Shown: positions 36,811 to 46,006 of the stretch, one piece after another
How the letters are laid out: every line of letters starts with the position of its first letter
Position numbering within the stretch: position 1 is the stretch's first letter
NCBI GenBank assembly: GCA_012523135.1
Contig: JAAYJD010000214.1
Coordinates: 1 to 53,671, forward strand
DNA: 53,671 bases
Reading direction: 5' to 3'
DNA from: Clostridiaceae bacterium
Lineage (GTDB): Bacteria > Bacillota > Clostridia > Saccharofermentanales > UBA5734
The notes under the pieces: model-generated
Seen by the model: only the letters and a program-made list of their open reading frames with translations
Database searches by the model: none
What the model was told of the DNA's origin: nothing
Program-made: the position numbers and the translations under genes

Positions 36811-38365
36811 CTTCGTGTCTCCCCAGAATGATGCCTGTCGACATCGGCGGAAGCGTCAGGACAGACCCCTTGAGGCGGGGCTTACCCTTCTGGGTAACAA
36901 GATAGTCTGCCAGATCGAGGCTGTCAAGCACCGCCGGGGAAAGGCCGCTGCCGGCCAGGTCGACGGTGCAGCTCTCTTCGAGCAGGTTGTGCACGACAAG
37001 CACGGTCCGTTCTGTTCCGCTCATGGCCAATGCCGCTACACCCCGGTTCTGGACATCCAGCGCACGCAGGTCGCCGCGGGCGATCTCCGGGTAGCGGGCC
37101 TTGATCGCCAGGATCCGGCGATAGGTGGCCAGCAGCGAATCCTGGTCCTTCAGCTGCCGATCGACCGCAGCGACCCCCTCGATTGCCTGGGTTGCGCCGG
37201 GCGGCAGATACGGGCTGCCGGCGCCGTCCGCCGACCAGAGCATGGGCAGGCGCTTGTTCTGATCGATGCCGGACCCGGTCAGGCCCAGTTCCTCGCCGTA
37301 ATAGATGAACGGGTTGCCCGGCGCGAGCAGGTAGAGCGCTGCCGCCAACTTCTGTTTGGGCAGGCTGCGCATCAGGAACCCCGCCGAGCGGGCATGGTCG
37401 TGGTTGGAGAGAAACAAGGCGTCCTTGGCTTCAGGATTGGCGGCCGCGATCTGCCGGTTCCAATCGGCGAGCCGCTGGGCAAAAGACAGGCCGTCCTTTT
37501 TGTTGATCGCCGCTGTGATCTGACCGTTGGCCTGGGCATAAGGGAAATTGAAAAAGCTGTCCAGCCCGCTGGCATAATAATTCGCGATCGCGCTGCTCTC
37601 GCTCCAGGCTTCCCCGACCAGGTAGGCCTTGGGGTAATCGGCCTTGATGCTGTCGTTCAGCCATTGAAGAAAGGCGATGTTGGCCTCCGGCTTGCCGGTG
37701 TAGAACGAGGTGACGGCATCGAGGCGGAAACCGGCGACGCCGCGTTCCAGCCAGAAGCGGGAGATCGCCAGCAGTTCGTCCCGGACCGCCGGGTTGTCCA
37801 GGTTCAGGTCCGGCATGCCCGAGACGAAGCGGCATTCATAATAGTATTTGTCGGTTATCTTGCTGTAGCCCTCGCCCTTGTTCTCCGGGGTAAAGTTGTA
37901 GTAGTCGATGTGGGGGCTCTGCTCGTCTTTCCACAAGGCGCTGACCGCCTGGCTGAACCAGGGGTGCAGGTTCGAGGTGTGGTTGACAACCAGGTCGATG
38001 ATCACCAGGATGTCGCGCTCGGCCGCGGCGGCGATCAGGGCATCGAAATCCTCCAGGCTGCCGTAGGCCGGATCGATGGCAACATAATCCGTGACATCGT
38101 ACTTGTGGTAGGTGGGCGACGGCATGATAGGCATCAGCCAGATGCCGTCCGCGCCGAGCGTACCGGATATGTAGTCCAGCTTGGCGGTTACCCCGGCCAG
38201 GTCTCCGGTCCCGTCGCCGTCCGCATCGTAAAAGCTGTGCACGAAGATCTCGTAGTAGTTGCGGTAGCCGTCGGAAACCCGCACCGGCTCCGGCTCGCGG
38301 GCACAGCCGGACGCCAGGCCAAGCAGCAGGGCCAGGAGAGCCGCCAGGGCCAGCTGCCGCTTCAT
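36803..38365 (-). CDS. GH13 alpha-amylase, predicted lipoprotein
   Basis: Lipobox LASGC, YEIFVHSFYD, DLVVNH, GFRLDA, VGEAW, FLSNHD (catalytic D/E/D). ATGA overlap with the permease stop. Confidence 0.92.
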   Translation of the reverse strand: MKRQLALAALLALLLGLASGCAREPEPVRVSDGYRNYYEIFVHSFYDADGDGTGDLAGVTAKLDYISGTLGADGIWLMPIMPSPTYHKYDVTDYVAIDPAYGSLEDFDALIAAAAERDILVIIDLVVNHTSNLHPWFSQAVSALWKDEQSPHIDYYNFTPENKGEGYSKITDKYYYECRFVSGMPDLNLDNPAVRDELLAISRFWLERGVAGFRLDAVTSFYTGKPEANIAFLQWLNDSIKADYPKAYLVGEAWSESSAIANYYASGLDSFFNFPYAQANGQITAAINKKDGLSFAQRLADWNRQIAAANPEAKDALFLSNHDHARSAGFLMRSLPKQKLAAALYLLAPGNPFIYYGEELGLTGSGIDQNKRLPMLWSADGAGSPYLPPGATQAIEGVAAVDRQLKDQDSLLATYRRILAIKARYPEIARGDLRALDVQNRGVAALAMSGTERTVLVVHNLLEESCTVDLAGSGLSPAVLDSLDLADYLVTQKGKPRLKGSVLTLPPMSTGIILGRHEDG

Positions 38366-39213
38366 CCCTTGACCGCGCCGCCGGTCACGCCCGATACATA
38401 GTACTTTTGCATGATGACAAACAAGATGGTGATCGGGATGGCGATCAGGACCGCGCCGGCGCAAAACTGGGTGAAATAGCGGTAGATGTTTTCCCGGGTC
38501 AGCATCTGGTACTAGCCCAGGGCAATGGTGTAGTTGTTGTAGTTGTCTTTCATGATCACGGAGACAAAGATAAAGTCGACCCAGGGCGCCATGAAAGAGG
38601 TCAGCACGGTGTAGATCACGATCGGCTTGGACAGCGGCAAGATGATGCGCCAGAAAATCGTGTTCTGGTTGGCCCCGTCGACGATGGCTGCCTCATCGAG
38701 CGCCCGGGGAATCGTGTCGAAGAAGCCCTTGGCGATGAAGTAGCCCAGGCCGGAGGCGCCGGAGTAGACCATGATCAGGGCCAGCAGTGATTGGGACAGG
38801 CCCATCGCCTTGAGGATGTAATAGATGGCGATCATCGACATGAAGCCGGGGAACATGCCCAGGATCAGGCCCAGGTTGAGCAACCCCTTCCTGGACTTGA
38901 AGCGCAGCCGGCTCAGGGTGTAGCTGGTCATCAGGACCATGACGGTCGAGATCAGGCAGGTGAAAATGGCTACGATCAGGGTGTTCATGAACCAGCGCGG
39001 GTAGTTGAAAAGGTGTGTTTCGGTAAAGAGCTTGGTGTAGTTGTCGAGCGTGTAGCTTTGCGGCAGGATGTAGGGCGTCCAGGCGCCCGGTTCGGCCCGG
39101 AACGAGATCAGGACCAGCCAGGCGATCGGGATCAGCCACAAGATACCCATCACGCTCAGGATGACATAGATGGTTGAATTGGCCGCGATGGAGCGGGCAC
39201 GGCTGCTTTTCAT
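38362..39213 (-). pseudogene. MalG-type sugar ABC permease interrupted by an in-frame TAG at 38512-38514
   Basis: EAA motif LDEAAIVDGA. The frame continues TIALG*YQML...QKYYVSGVTGGAVKG to TGA at 38362. AGGAGGAG RBS before ATG at 39213. Confidence 0.85.
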
Positions 39214-40706
39214 TGGAAGCTCTCCTCCTTCCTGGACGAACCGGACAGGTTGTAGACCAGAAGCGACAGGCTGGCTGTGATCAGGAAGATGATGATGCCG
39301 ATCGCCGAAGCCAAATTGTAGTCCTGGTTGTTGACCGTCAGCTTGTACAGCCAGGTGACCAGCAAATCCGTTTTGCCGGCCTGGTAGTAGTCGAGCGAGA
39401 GCGGCCCGCCGCCGGTCAGCAGGTAGATGACGTTGAAGTTGTTGATGTTGCCGACAAACTGGGTGATCAGGTACGGGGTCGTGACAAAGATCATGTAGGG
39501 CATCGTAATCCGGGTAAAGGTCTTGACCACGCCGGCGCCGTCGATGCGGGCGCTTTCGTAGAGGTCGGCCGGGATGTTCATCAGGATGCCGCTGGTGATC
39601 AGCATCGTGTAGGGGATGCCAACCCAGATGTTGATCACAATAACCGTGATGCGGGCAAAGAGGGCTGTCGTCAAGAACTGGACCGGCCCGATGCCCAGGT
39701 AGCCCAGAAAGACGTTCATCGCGCCCTGGTCGGCCAGCATGCGCGACATCAGGAGCAGGCTGACAAACTGGGGCACCGCGATGGTGACGATGAAGACTGT
39801 GCGCCAGAACTTCTTGAAGCGGATGCCCTTCTTGTTGATCATCAGGGCCAGGATCATGCCCAGGATGTAGTTGCTGAAGGTGGCAAAGAACGCCCAGACC
39901 AAGGTCCATTGAAAAATGCCGACAAAGGTCCGTGACTGGGTCGGATTGCTGAAGAAGATGTTGCGGAAGTTTTCCAGGCCGACCCAGGTGAACAGGTTGC
40001 CGGGCGGCTGGTGGCTCTTGTCGTAGTTGGTGAAGGCGATCAGGATCATGAAAATCAGGGGCAGGATCGTGAATACGATCACACCCACGGTCGGCAGCGA
40101 CAGGAAGGTGACATGCAGGTTTTTATCAAACAGGTTCTTGACATCCCGGACGATGCCCGGCAGCCGTTCGCCATGGGCGGCGGCCTGCTGGTTGCGGTAG
40201 GCCAGGCGGATATTGGCCAGGTAGATGCCCAGAAACGCGAACAGGATGAAGAGGGTGACAACGCTAAAGAGCAGGATCAGCATCGAATTGTCGCCCTGGA
40301 CATATTCGTAGATCTGCAGTTTCTCGTTCCAGATTTCCTTCTTGGTCGCGACACCCAGCGTCGGCAGCAAGGCCAGCTGGCCGATGCCGAATGTCACCAT
40401 GTAGACGATGAAGGCGGCCTGCAGGAAAAGGAAGATCAGGCCCTTGGCGATCTGGCCGCGCAGAAAGCTGCCGGAACCCATGACGAAAAAGGACAGGCGT
40501 GTCTTGATATCCCCCTGGCGGAAGATGGTGCCGTAATTCCTGACAGCCCGGCCGAAAGACAGGGCGCGTTTGCGGATCCGGCCGCCGGTCCGCTGGGCCA
40601 GCTCGGCCGTGCGGCGGGGCAGGTGCCGGATCCCCTGGGACAGGCGATAGAACAGCCGCCGCAGCGGCGAGAGGGTTACATAGTCGATGTATTCCAACCC
40701 GATCAC
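39210..40706 (-). CDS. MalF/MalC-type sugar ABC permease (start may be TTG at 40697)
   Basis: AFTNYD, FTWVGLENF, LYESARIDGA, FNVIYLLTGGGP, TDLLVTWLYKL. Confidence 0.92.
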   Translation of the reverse strand: MIGLEYIDYVTLSPLRRLFYRLSQGIRHLPRRTAELAQRTGGRIRKRALSFGRAVRNYGTIFRQGDIKTRLSFFVMGSGSFLRGQIAKGLIFLFLQAAFIVYMVTFGIGQLALLPTLGVATKKEIWNEKLQIYEYVQGDNSMLILLFSVVTLFILFAFLGIYLANIRLAYRNQQAAAHGERLPGIVRDVKNLFDKNLHVTFLSLPTVGVIVFTILPLIFMILIAFTNYDKSHQPPGNLFTWVGLENFRNIFFSNPTQSRTFVGIFQWTLVWAFFATFSNYILGMILALMINKKGIRFKKFWRTVFIVTIAVPQFVSLLLMSRMLADQGAMNVFLGYLGIGPVQFLTTALFARITVIVINIWVGIPYTMLITSGILMNIPADLYESARIDGAGVVKTFTRITMPYMIFVTTPYLITQFVGNINNFNVIYLLTGGGPLSLDYYQAGKTDLLVTWLYKLTVNNQDYNLASAIGIIIFLITASLSLLVYNLSGSSRKEESFQ

Positions 40707-40722
40707 CTCTTTTTAACCTGCC

Positions 40723-40753
40723 GCGGCGCAGGGATAGGCTACCCCTGCGCCGC
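40723..40753. other. Strong GC-rich hairpin between the binding-protein gene and the permease gene
   Basis: 11-bp perfect stem GCGGCGCAGGG / CCCTGCGCCGC with a 9-nt loop and no U-tract in the transcribed direction. Confidence 0.7.
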
Positions 40754-40791
40754 AGCGATTGTTACGGTCTCATCAACAAACACAGGCGGTT

Positions 40792-41973
40792 TTACTGTTG
40801 AATCTGGCTGACCATCTCGTCGAGCATTTCCTTGACGGTCTTGGCGTAGTTCTTGGCTTCCATCTCGGTGCCGAAGGCTTCTGCCGGGCCCCAGTAGGAT
40901 CCGAGCACTTCCTTTTGTGAAACGGCGTACTGATTCTGCATGGCCAGGGCTGACAGGGCGATGTTGGCCTTAACCGCGGCGCTTTCAGCGGCCTTGATGT
41001 TGGCCGGGCCCATCTGGCGGGTTTCAAAGCGGGTGATCTGGTTCTTTTCGTTGGTCAGCCATTCGGCCAGGGTCATGGCGGCAACCGGGTTCTTGGTCTG
41101 GCTGTTGACACCGACCAGCTTGAAGCCGGCAAAACTGCTCATCTGGGTCTGTGTGCCGCCCAGGTTGAAGGTCGGCAGCTTGGTGGCTGCATAGTTGCTG
41201 CCCAGTTTCGCGGAGATTGCCTCGGCGTTCCAGGTGCCGCTGACGCCCGCCGCGATCGCGTCGCCGATGCCGCCGGTCAGAACCGCATCTTCACCGGTCA
41301 GGAACGCCGCGTGGGCGGTGAAGGCCTTGATGGCCTCGCCAGCCATGACGCCCTTTTCGTTGTTGAAATCACTTACTTGCTTGCCGTCCTGGATGGTCAG
41401 CGTGCCGCCGGCTCCCAGGAAGAAGGACGCGATATACCAGCCGTTGGAGACATCCATGAACACTTTCTTGTTCTTGGCGGCGGCTACTTCGAGCATTTTG
41501 TCCAGGCTCTTGACATCTTCCTCTGAAAAGACGCTCTTGTCATAATAGAGAAAATAGCCGTTGTCAGCCGTCGACGGATAGGCGTACAGCTTGTCGTTGA
41601 CGGTTGCCGCCTCGATCGAGCTGGCCATGTTGGCCGCTACGATGGCGTTCTTGTTGCGGGTCACTTCGTAGAGCGCGCCGGCGTCCACCATATCCAGGAT
41701 TTGGTCGTTGGCGAACTGGAAAACATCCGCGGCCGCAGCCGGGTCCTCTAGAAAGCGCGCTTTGGCGTCGCCTTCACCGACCACACCCAGCGTGATGTTG
41801 TAGATGGCGTCGGTGTTGGCCAGTTTGAATTCATCGATCATCTTCTGCAGCATGGCCTGGTCTTCCTGGGAACCCCACACTTTCAGGTCCACCGTTTCTT
41901 TTGGTTTTGCGCAACTGGCCAGAATTGTGCTCAGCATGGCCAGGATTATGACAAGAATCATCAGTCTTTTCAT
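40792..41973 (-). CDS. Maltose/maltodextrin-type ABC substrate-binding lipoprotein
   Basis: Lipobox LASC, LKVWG, ADVFQFANDQ, YAYP, LYYDK, GFKLVGVN. AGGAG RBS. Confidence 0.9.
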   Translation of the reverse strand: MKRLMILVIILAMLSTILASCAKPKETVDLKVWGSQEDQAMLQKMIDEFKLANTDAIYNITLGVVGEGDAKARFLEDPAAAADVFQFANDQILDMVDAGALYEVTRNKNAIVAANMASSIEAATVNDKLYAYPSTADNGYFLYYDKSVFSEEDVKSLDKMLEVAAAKNKKVFMDVSNGWYIASFFLGAGGTLTIQDGKQVSDFNNEKGVMAGEAIKAFTAHAAFLTGEDAVLTGGIGDAIAAGVSGTWNAEAISAKLGSNYAATKLPTFNLGGTQTQMSSFAGFKLVGVNSQTKNPVAAMTLAEWLTNEKNQITRFETRQMGPANIKAAESAAVKANIALSALAMQNQYAVSQKEVLGSYWGPAEAFGTEMEAKNYAKTVKEMLDEMVSQIQQ

Positions 41974-42031
41974 CTTTTTTCTCCTTTTTCTTATTATTTT
42001 CCAGCAGCCGTCCCGGTTGGATCCGGCTGCA

Positions 42032-43042
42032 TCAGAAACAGGGTCTGACTGAATCACCGATGACAATTTCGGTGTCCAGCACAATGTTGTGCCCGATGTT
42101 GATGCCCTTGATGTTCTGGATGATCAGGCTGGCGCTGCGCCGGGCAATCTCGTCCTGGGGCTGGCGCACCGATGTCAGGGTCGGGTTGTAGTAGCGGCCG
42201 ATCTGGATGCCGTCAAAACCGATCACGGACACGTCGTCCGGCACCTTGAGGCCATGGTCGAAGATCGCCCGGCAGGCCCCGATGGCCATGATGTCCGACA
42301 TGGCGAACAGGGCGGTGAAAGGCTTGTTGTTCCGGCTGAGTGCGGCGGCGATGGACCGGTAGGCGTCCTCAAAAGAAAACTTGGATTCGATGTAGCGGCT
42401 GTCGTCGAAAGCGAGGTCGTGCTCAGCCAGGCACTGGCGGGCTCCTTCAAAGCGGTTCCAGACCAGGTCGCGGTCCAGGCGCCGGCCTCCCAGGATGGCG
42501 ATGTCCCGGTGTCCCTGGCCGACCAGGTGCTCGATCGCCTTGCCGGCCGCGGCAAAGTCGTCGACACAAACACTGGAGGTGTTCGTCGAAGCCAAATCGC
42601 GGGCCGACATCGTGGCCAGGACGCAGGGCACTTTGATCCGGGCGATCGACTGGGCCTTGGACGAGGGACTGCCGCCCAGAAAGATGACCCCGAGGGCTTT
42701 TTTCTCGGCCACCAGGGCTTCAGCAGCGGTGACTTCGTCGGCAGACTCGTCGATGTAATGAATCAGGGGGATGTAATCGGTCTTGTCGATAAAAAACTGG
42801 ATGCCCTCGACAATGGGAGCGAAAAATTGATTCTGGAATCCTTTGACAATCACGCAGATGATGTTGGTACTGGTCTGCTTGAGGGTTCGGGCGGTCGCGT
42901 TTGGAACATACCCGGTTGCGGCTATGACGCCGCGAACGGCCTCGCGCGTCTGCGGGTTGACATCTGGCAGGTTATTTAAAACACGGGATACTGTGCTCAC
43001 TGAAACACCTGCCAGTTTTGCGACTTCCTTGATTGTAATCAT
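42032..43042 (-). CDS. LacI-family transcriptional regulator
   Basis: TIKEVAKLAGVSVSTVSRVLN, YVPNATAR, VPDDVSVIGFDG, PTLTSVRQP. Confidence 0.95.
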   Translation of the reverse strand: MITIKEVAKLAGVSVSTVSRVLNNLPDVNPQTREAVRGVIAATGYVPNATARTLKQTSTNIICVIVKGFQNQFFAPIVEGIQFFIDKTDYIPLIHYIDESADEVTAAEALVAEKKALGVIFLGGSPSSKAQSIARIKVPCVLATMSARDLASTNTSSVCVDDFAAAGKAIEHLVGQGHRDIAILGGRRLDRDLVWNRFEGARQCLAEHDLAFDDSRYIESKFSFEDAYRSIAAALSRNNKPFTALFAMSDIMAIGACRAIFDHGLKVPDDVSVIGFDGIQIGRYYNPTLTSVRQPQDEIARRSASLIIQNIKGINIGHNIVLDTEIVIGDSVRPCF

Positions 43043-43076
43043 CAAATAACGCCTTTCATGCCCAGATGGTTCTGTT

Positions 43077-43142
43077 TGTATCGTTCCCGGTATCGTTACC
43101 ATCCCGATAATTCCATTCTACCTTGATTATATGAAAAGTCAA
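43077..43142 (-). promoter_or_regulatory. LacI-gene promoter with two tandem operator-like sites
   Basis: TTGACT (43142-43137), 16-bp spacer, TAGAAT (43120-43115). Back-to-back 12-mers TGTATCGTTCCC (43077-43088) and GGTATCGTTACC (43089-43100) lie downstream of the -10. Confidence 0.65.
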
Positions 43143-43308
43143 CTGTTTTTTTGTATCCGGCGTGACATTTTCACAATATATTTAAACCGATCGCGTTTTC
43201 ATGAAACGTCTCCGGCCGCCAGGCGCACCGCATGATGCACACCAGCCAATCTGTGCTAAGATGGTTTAGAACCGTTCCGGCGGTTATCTTTCAATCAGGC
43301 AGGTGCGT

Positions 43309-45981
43309 ATGATCAAAAACGATCGCTCTGAAAAGCAAACAGACAGGGCTGTCATGTTCATCCTGGGACCGGATGGGGTCGGCATCGACTGGCAGGAAAG
43401 CCTCGGCCCGCTCGACGAGCGCCAGGGCCGCTGGCAGCAAAGCTGCTATGACGCGTTCATGGCCGATGCAAAGCAGGCGCTTTACGACCTGGCCTTTGCC
43501 GGTCCGGACCTGCTGCAGACTCCCTCCTGCCGCTACCTGGGCGCATTGGGCCGCCGGTTTGTGCAGCAGCTCGCCCAGATGCCCGAACGCGAGTTTCTGC
43601 GTGAGAACCTGGCACTCGGCTTGTCCCCTGATCAGGCTGAGGAACTGACCGGCCAGGCGCCGTTCATGATCGGGCTGGAGCACCTGTCCGCCGCCTGGCT
43701 GAAACGCCACTGGGCCAGTCTGCGCACCGTTTATGTCCGGGAAATCAGCGGCTACGCCGGTACGGTGGCGGACTACCTGGCCGTTCGCCACGCCGCGGTC
43801 CTGCCGGCGGGGCGCGTCTTCTTCCACCTGGTTGAAAACAAGCGCGGCGAAGCGCCATTTGCCTTTCTGGCCACCTATGCGGTCGTTGACGATCTGGGCC
43901 ATGTTCGCCATGTGCCGCTGAAAAATGCCCTGGTCCGCTACAAGGACCAGCCTGCCAAAATGCTGGAGCTGCTCGCGACGGTCAACAAGGCGGCTGAGCA
44001 AAGCGACTTTGTCCGGGAGATCGTCGCCTCCGGCGAGCTGTTTCACCCGCTGGGACTGGAAGCGGACGAAGCGTATCGCTTCCTCAAGGAAATCCCCCTC
44101 TACGAGGGCTGCGGGATCCTGTGCCGCATTCCGGCCTGGTGGCGCCAGCAGACCGGCCGGGCGCGCGTATCCGTCACCTTGGGCAGCCAAGAGCCGGCGC
44201 GGTTCGGCTTCGATACCCTGGTGGATTTCAAGGTGCGCCTGGTCCTGGGCGATCTTGAGCTGAACGAAGCGGACGTGGCGCAGCTGCTGGCCGAGACGGA
44301 TGGACTCGCCCTGATCAAGGGCCGCTGGGTCGAGGTCGATCACGCGCGCTTGAACGAGGTTCTGCAGGCCTATGAAAAGGCCCGCAAGCTTTCCGGTCCG
44401 GACGGTATCGACCTGGTTGAGGCGTTCCGGCTGCAGGTGCGGGGAACCGGCCTGAACCTTGCCGACGCGGATGAGCTGGTCGAGGTCAGCCAGGGAACCT
44501 GGTTCAGCCATTTTTTCGGCCGGACCGGCGGCGCCCGGGCCTTGCCGCCCTGCCAGCCCGGGCCGCAGTTTACGGCCAACCTGCGGCCCTACCAGTCGGC
44601 AGGCCTGGACTGGCTCTGGCAGATGAAGCAGCTGCGGCTGGGCGCTTGCCTGGCCGACGACATGGGCCTTGGCAAAACGGTCCAGATCATCGCGCTCCTC
44701 GACGCGGTCCGCCAGCAGAAAGCGGAGAAAACGCTGCTGGTTCTGCCCGCCTCCCTGATCGGCAACTGGAAGCAGGAGCTGGACCGCTTCGCCCCGGCGC
44801 TGTGCTACCGCGTCCTGCACCCGTCGGAGCAGTCCGAACCGGTCCGGGCCGCGGCCGACCTTGACGGCTGCGACCTGCTCCTGACGACCTACGGGATGAT
44901 CAGCCGGACGGACTGGCTCAAGGATATGCACTGGGACAACCTGGTGCTGGATGAGGCCCAGGCGATCAAGAACCCGGGGACACGCCAGACACGGGCGGTC
45001 AAAAAGCTGAATGCCGACTGGCGGGCGGTCCTGACCGGCACGCCGATCGAGAACCGCCTGGCCGACCTGTGGTCGATCTTCGATTTCCTCAACGCCGGCC
45101 TGCTCGGCACCTCCCGCGAGTTCGGCACTTTTACCCAGACTCTGCAGACCCAAAATGCCGGCTACGGCCGGCTGCGCCAGATGCTCAGCCCGCTGATCCT
45201 GCGCCGCCTGAAGACCGACCGGGCCGTGATCGACGATCTGCCTGAGAAAATCGAGATGAAGACCTACGCCGGGCTGAGCAAAAAGCAGGCAGTCCTCTAC
45301 CAGCAGAAGGTCAGCGCGCTGCGGGAAGCCCTGGACCAGCCGGTCTCCCAGATGGAGCGCCGCGGCCTGATCCTGTCCTCGATCGTCACCTTCAAGCAGA
45401 TCTGCAACCATCCGGACCAGTACACCGGGCAGACCGGTTATGACGAAAAGGAAAGCGGCAAGTTCGCCCGTCTGCGCGAGATCTGTGAAACCATCTACGA
45501 AAAGCGTGAGCGCGTGCTGGTTTTCACCCAGTTCCGTGAGCTGACCGAACCCCTGGCCGCCTACCTCGAGCAGATTTTCGGACACCGCGGCCTGGTTCTG
45601 CACGGCGGAACGCCGGTCGCCCGCAGACGCCAGCTGGTGGCAGATTTCCAGGGGCAGGCGTATATTCCCTACATGGTGCTGTCAGTCAAGGCCGGCGGCG
45701 TCGGCCTCAACCTGACCGCAGCCAACCATGTCATCCATTTCGACCGCTGGTGGAACCCGGCCGTTGAAAACCAGGCGACCGACCGGGCCTTCCGGATCGG
45801 GCAAAAGAAAAACGTTCTGGTGCACAAGCTGATCACAACTGGTACAATAGAGGAGAAAATCGATCAGATGATCGAGGATAAAACCGGCCTGGCCCGGGAT
45901 ATTATCCCGGAAAAGCAAGAGACCTGGATCACCGAAATGAGCAACCAGCAGCTGATGCAGCTGTTCAGCCTGACCGATTGA
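43309..45981 (+). CDS. SWI2/SNF2-family ATPase/helicase (890 aa)
   Basis: LRPYQ, LADDMGLGKT, LDEAQAIKN, LTGTPIEN, ILRRLK, GGVGLNLT, HFDRWWNP, QATDRAFRIGQ. Confidence 0.95.
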   Translation: MIKNDRSEKQTDRAVMFILGPDGVGIDWQESLGPLDERQGRWQQSCYDAFMADAKQALYDLAFAGPDLLQTPSCRYLGALGRRFVQQLAQMPEREFLRENLALGLSPDQAEELTGQAPFMIGLEHLSAAWLKRHWASLRTVYVREISGYAGTVADYLAVRHAAVLPAGRVFFHLVENKRGEAPFAFLATYAVVDDLGHVRHVPLKNALVRYKDQPAKMLELLATVNKAAEQSDFVREIVASGELFHPLGLEADEAYRFLKEIPLYEGCGILCRIPAWWRQQTGRARVSVTLGSQEPARFGFDTLVDFKVRLVLGDLELNEADVAQLLAETDGLALIKGRWVEVDHARLNEVLQAYEKARKLSGPDGIDLVEAFRLQVRGTGLNLADADELVEVSQGTWFSHFFGRTGGARALPPCQPGPQFTANLRPYQSAGLDWLWQMKQLRLGACLADDMGLGKTVQIIALLDAVRQQKAEKTLLVLPASLIGNWKQELDRFAPALCYRVLHPSEQSEPVRAAADLDGCDLLLTTYGMISRTDWLKDMHWDNLVLDEAQAIKNPGTRQTRAVKKLNADWRAVLTGTPIENRLADLWSIFDFLNAGLLGTSREFGTFTQTLQTQNAGYGRLRQMLSPLILRRLKTDRAVIDDLPEKIEMKTYAGLSKKQAVLYQQKVSALREALDQPVSQMERRGLILSSIVTFKQICNHPDQYTGQTGYDEKESGKFARLREICETIYEKRERVLVFTQFRELTEPLAAYLEQIFGHRGLVLHGGTPVARRRQLVADFQGQAYIPYMVLSVKAGGVGLNLTAANHVIHFDRWWNPAVENQATDRAFRIGQKKNVLVHKLITTGTIEEKIDQMIEDKTGLARDIIPEKQETWITEMSNQQLMQLFSLTD

Positions 45982-46006
45982 GTCCCGAAACCAACGAGGT
46001 GCCCCG

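Noticed and set aside
38512-38514. Genome-wide TAG reassignment or pyrrolysine coding
   Set aside because: TAG ends several genes normally in this window (2423, 9793, 10221, 32953, 35599), no pyl genes are visible, and the position is a Leu in homologous permeases.
38512-39909. 465-aa ORF from the track taken as one protein
   Set aside because: Its first 232 codons are an alternative frame over the MalF-like gene. The real gene starts at 39213 behind AGGAGGAG.
28149-43042. Specific assignment to acarbose/validamycin (aminocyclitol) degradation
   Set aside because: The enzyme mix is compatible, but no sequence feature identifies the substrate. Kept only as an unspecified glycoside hypothesis.
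43266-43279. GAACCGTTC near the SNF2 promoter as a LexA (Cheo) box
   Set aside because: The Firmicutes SOS box needs GAAC-N4-GTTC, and the spacer here is 1 nt.
43291-45603. 770-aa minus-strand ORF antisense to the SNF2 gene (similar long shadows at 15322-16767, 18752-20419, 34208-35650, 36671-38401)
   Set aside because: Shadow frames of GC-rich genes. They show no recognisable motifs, and the opposite strand encodes clear conserved proteins.
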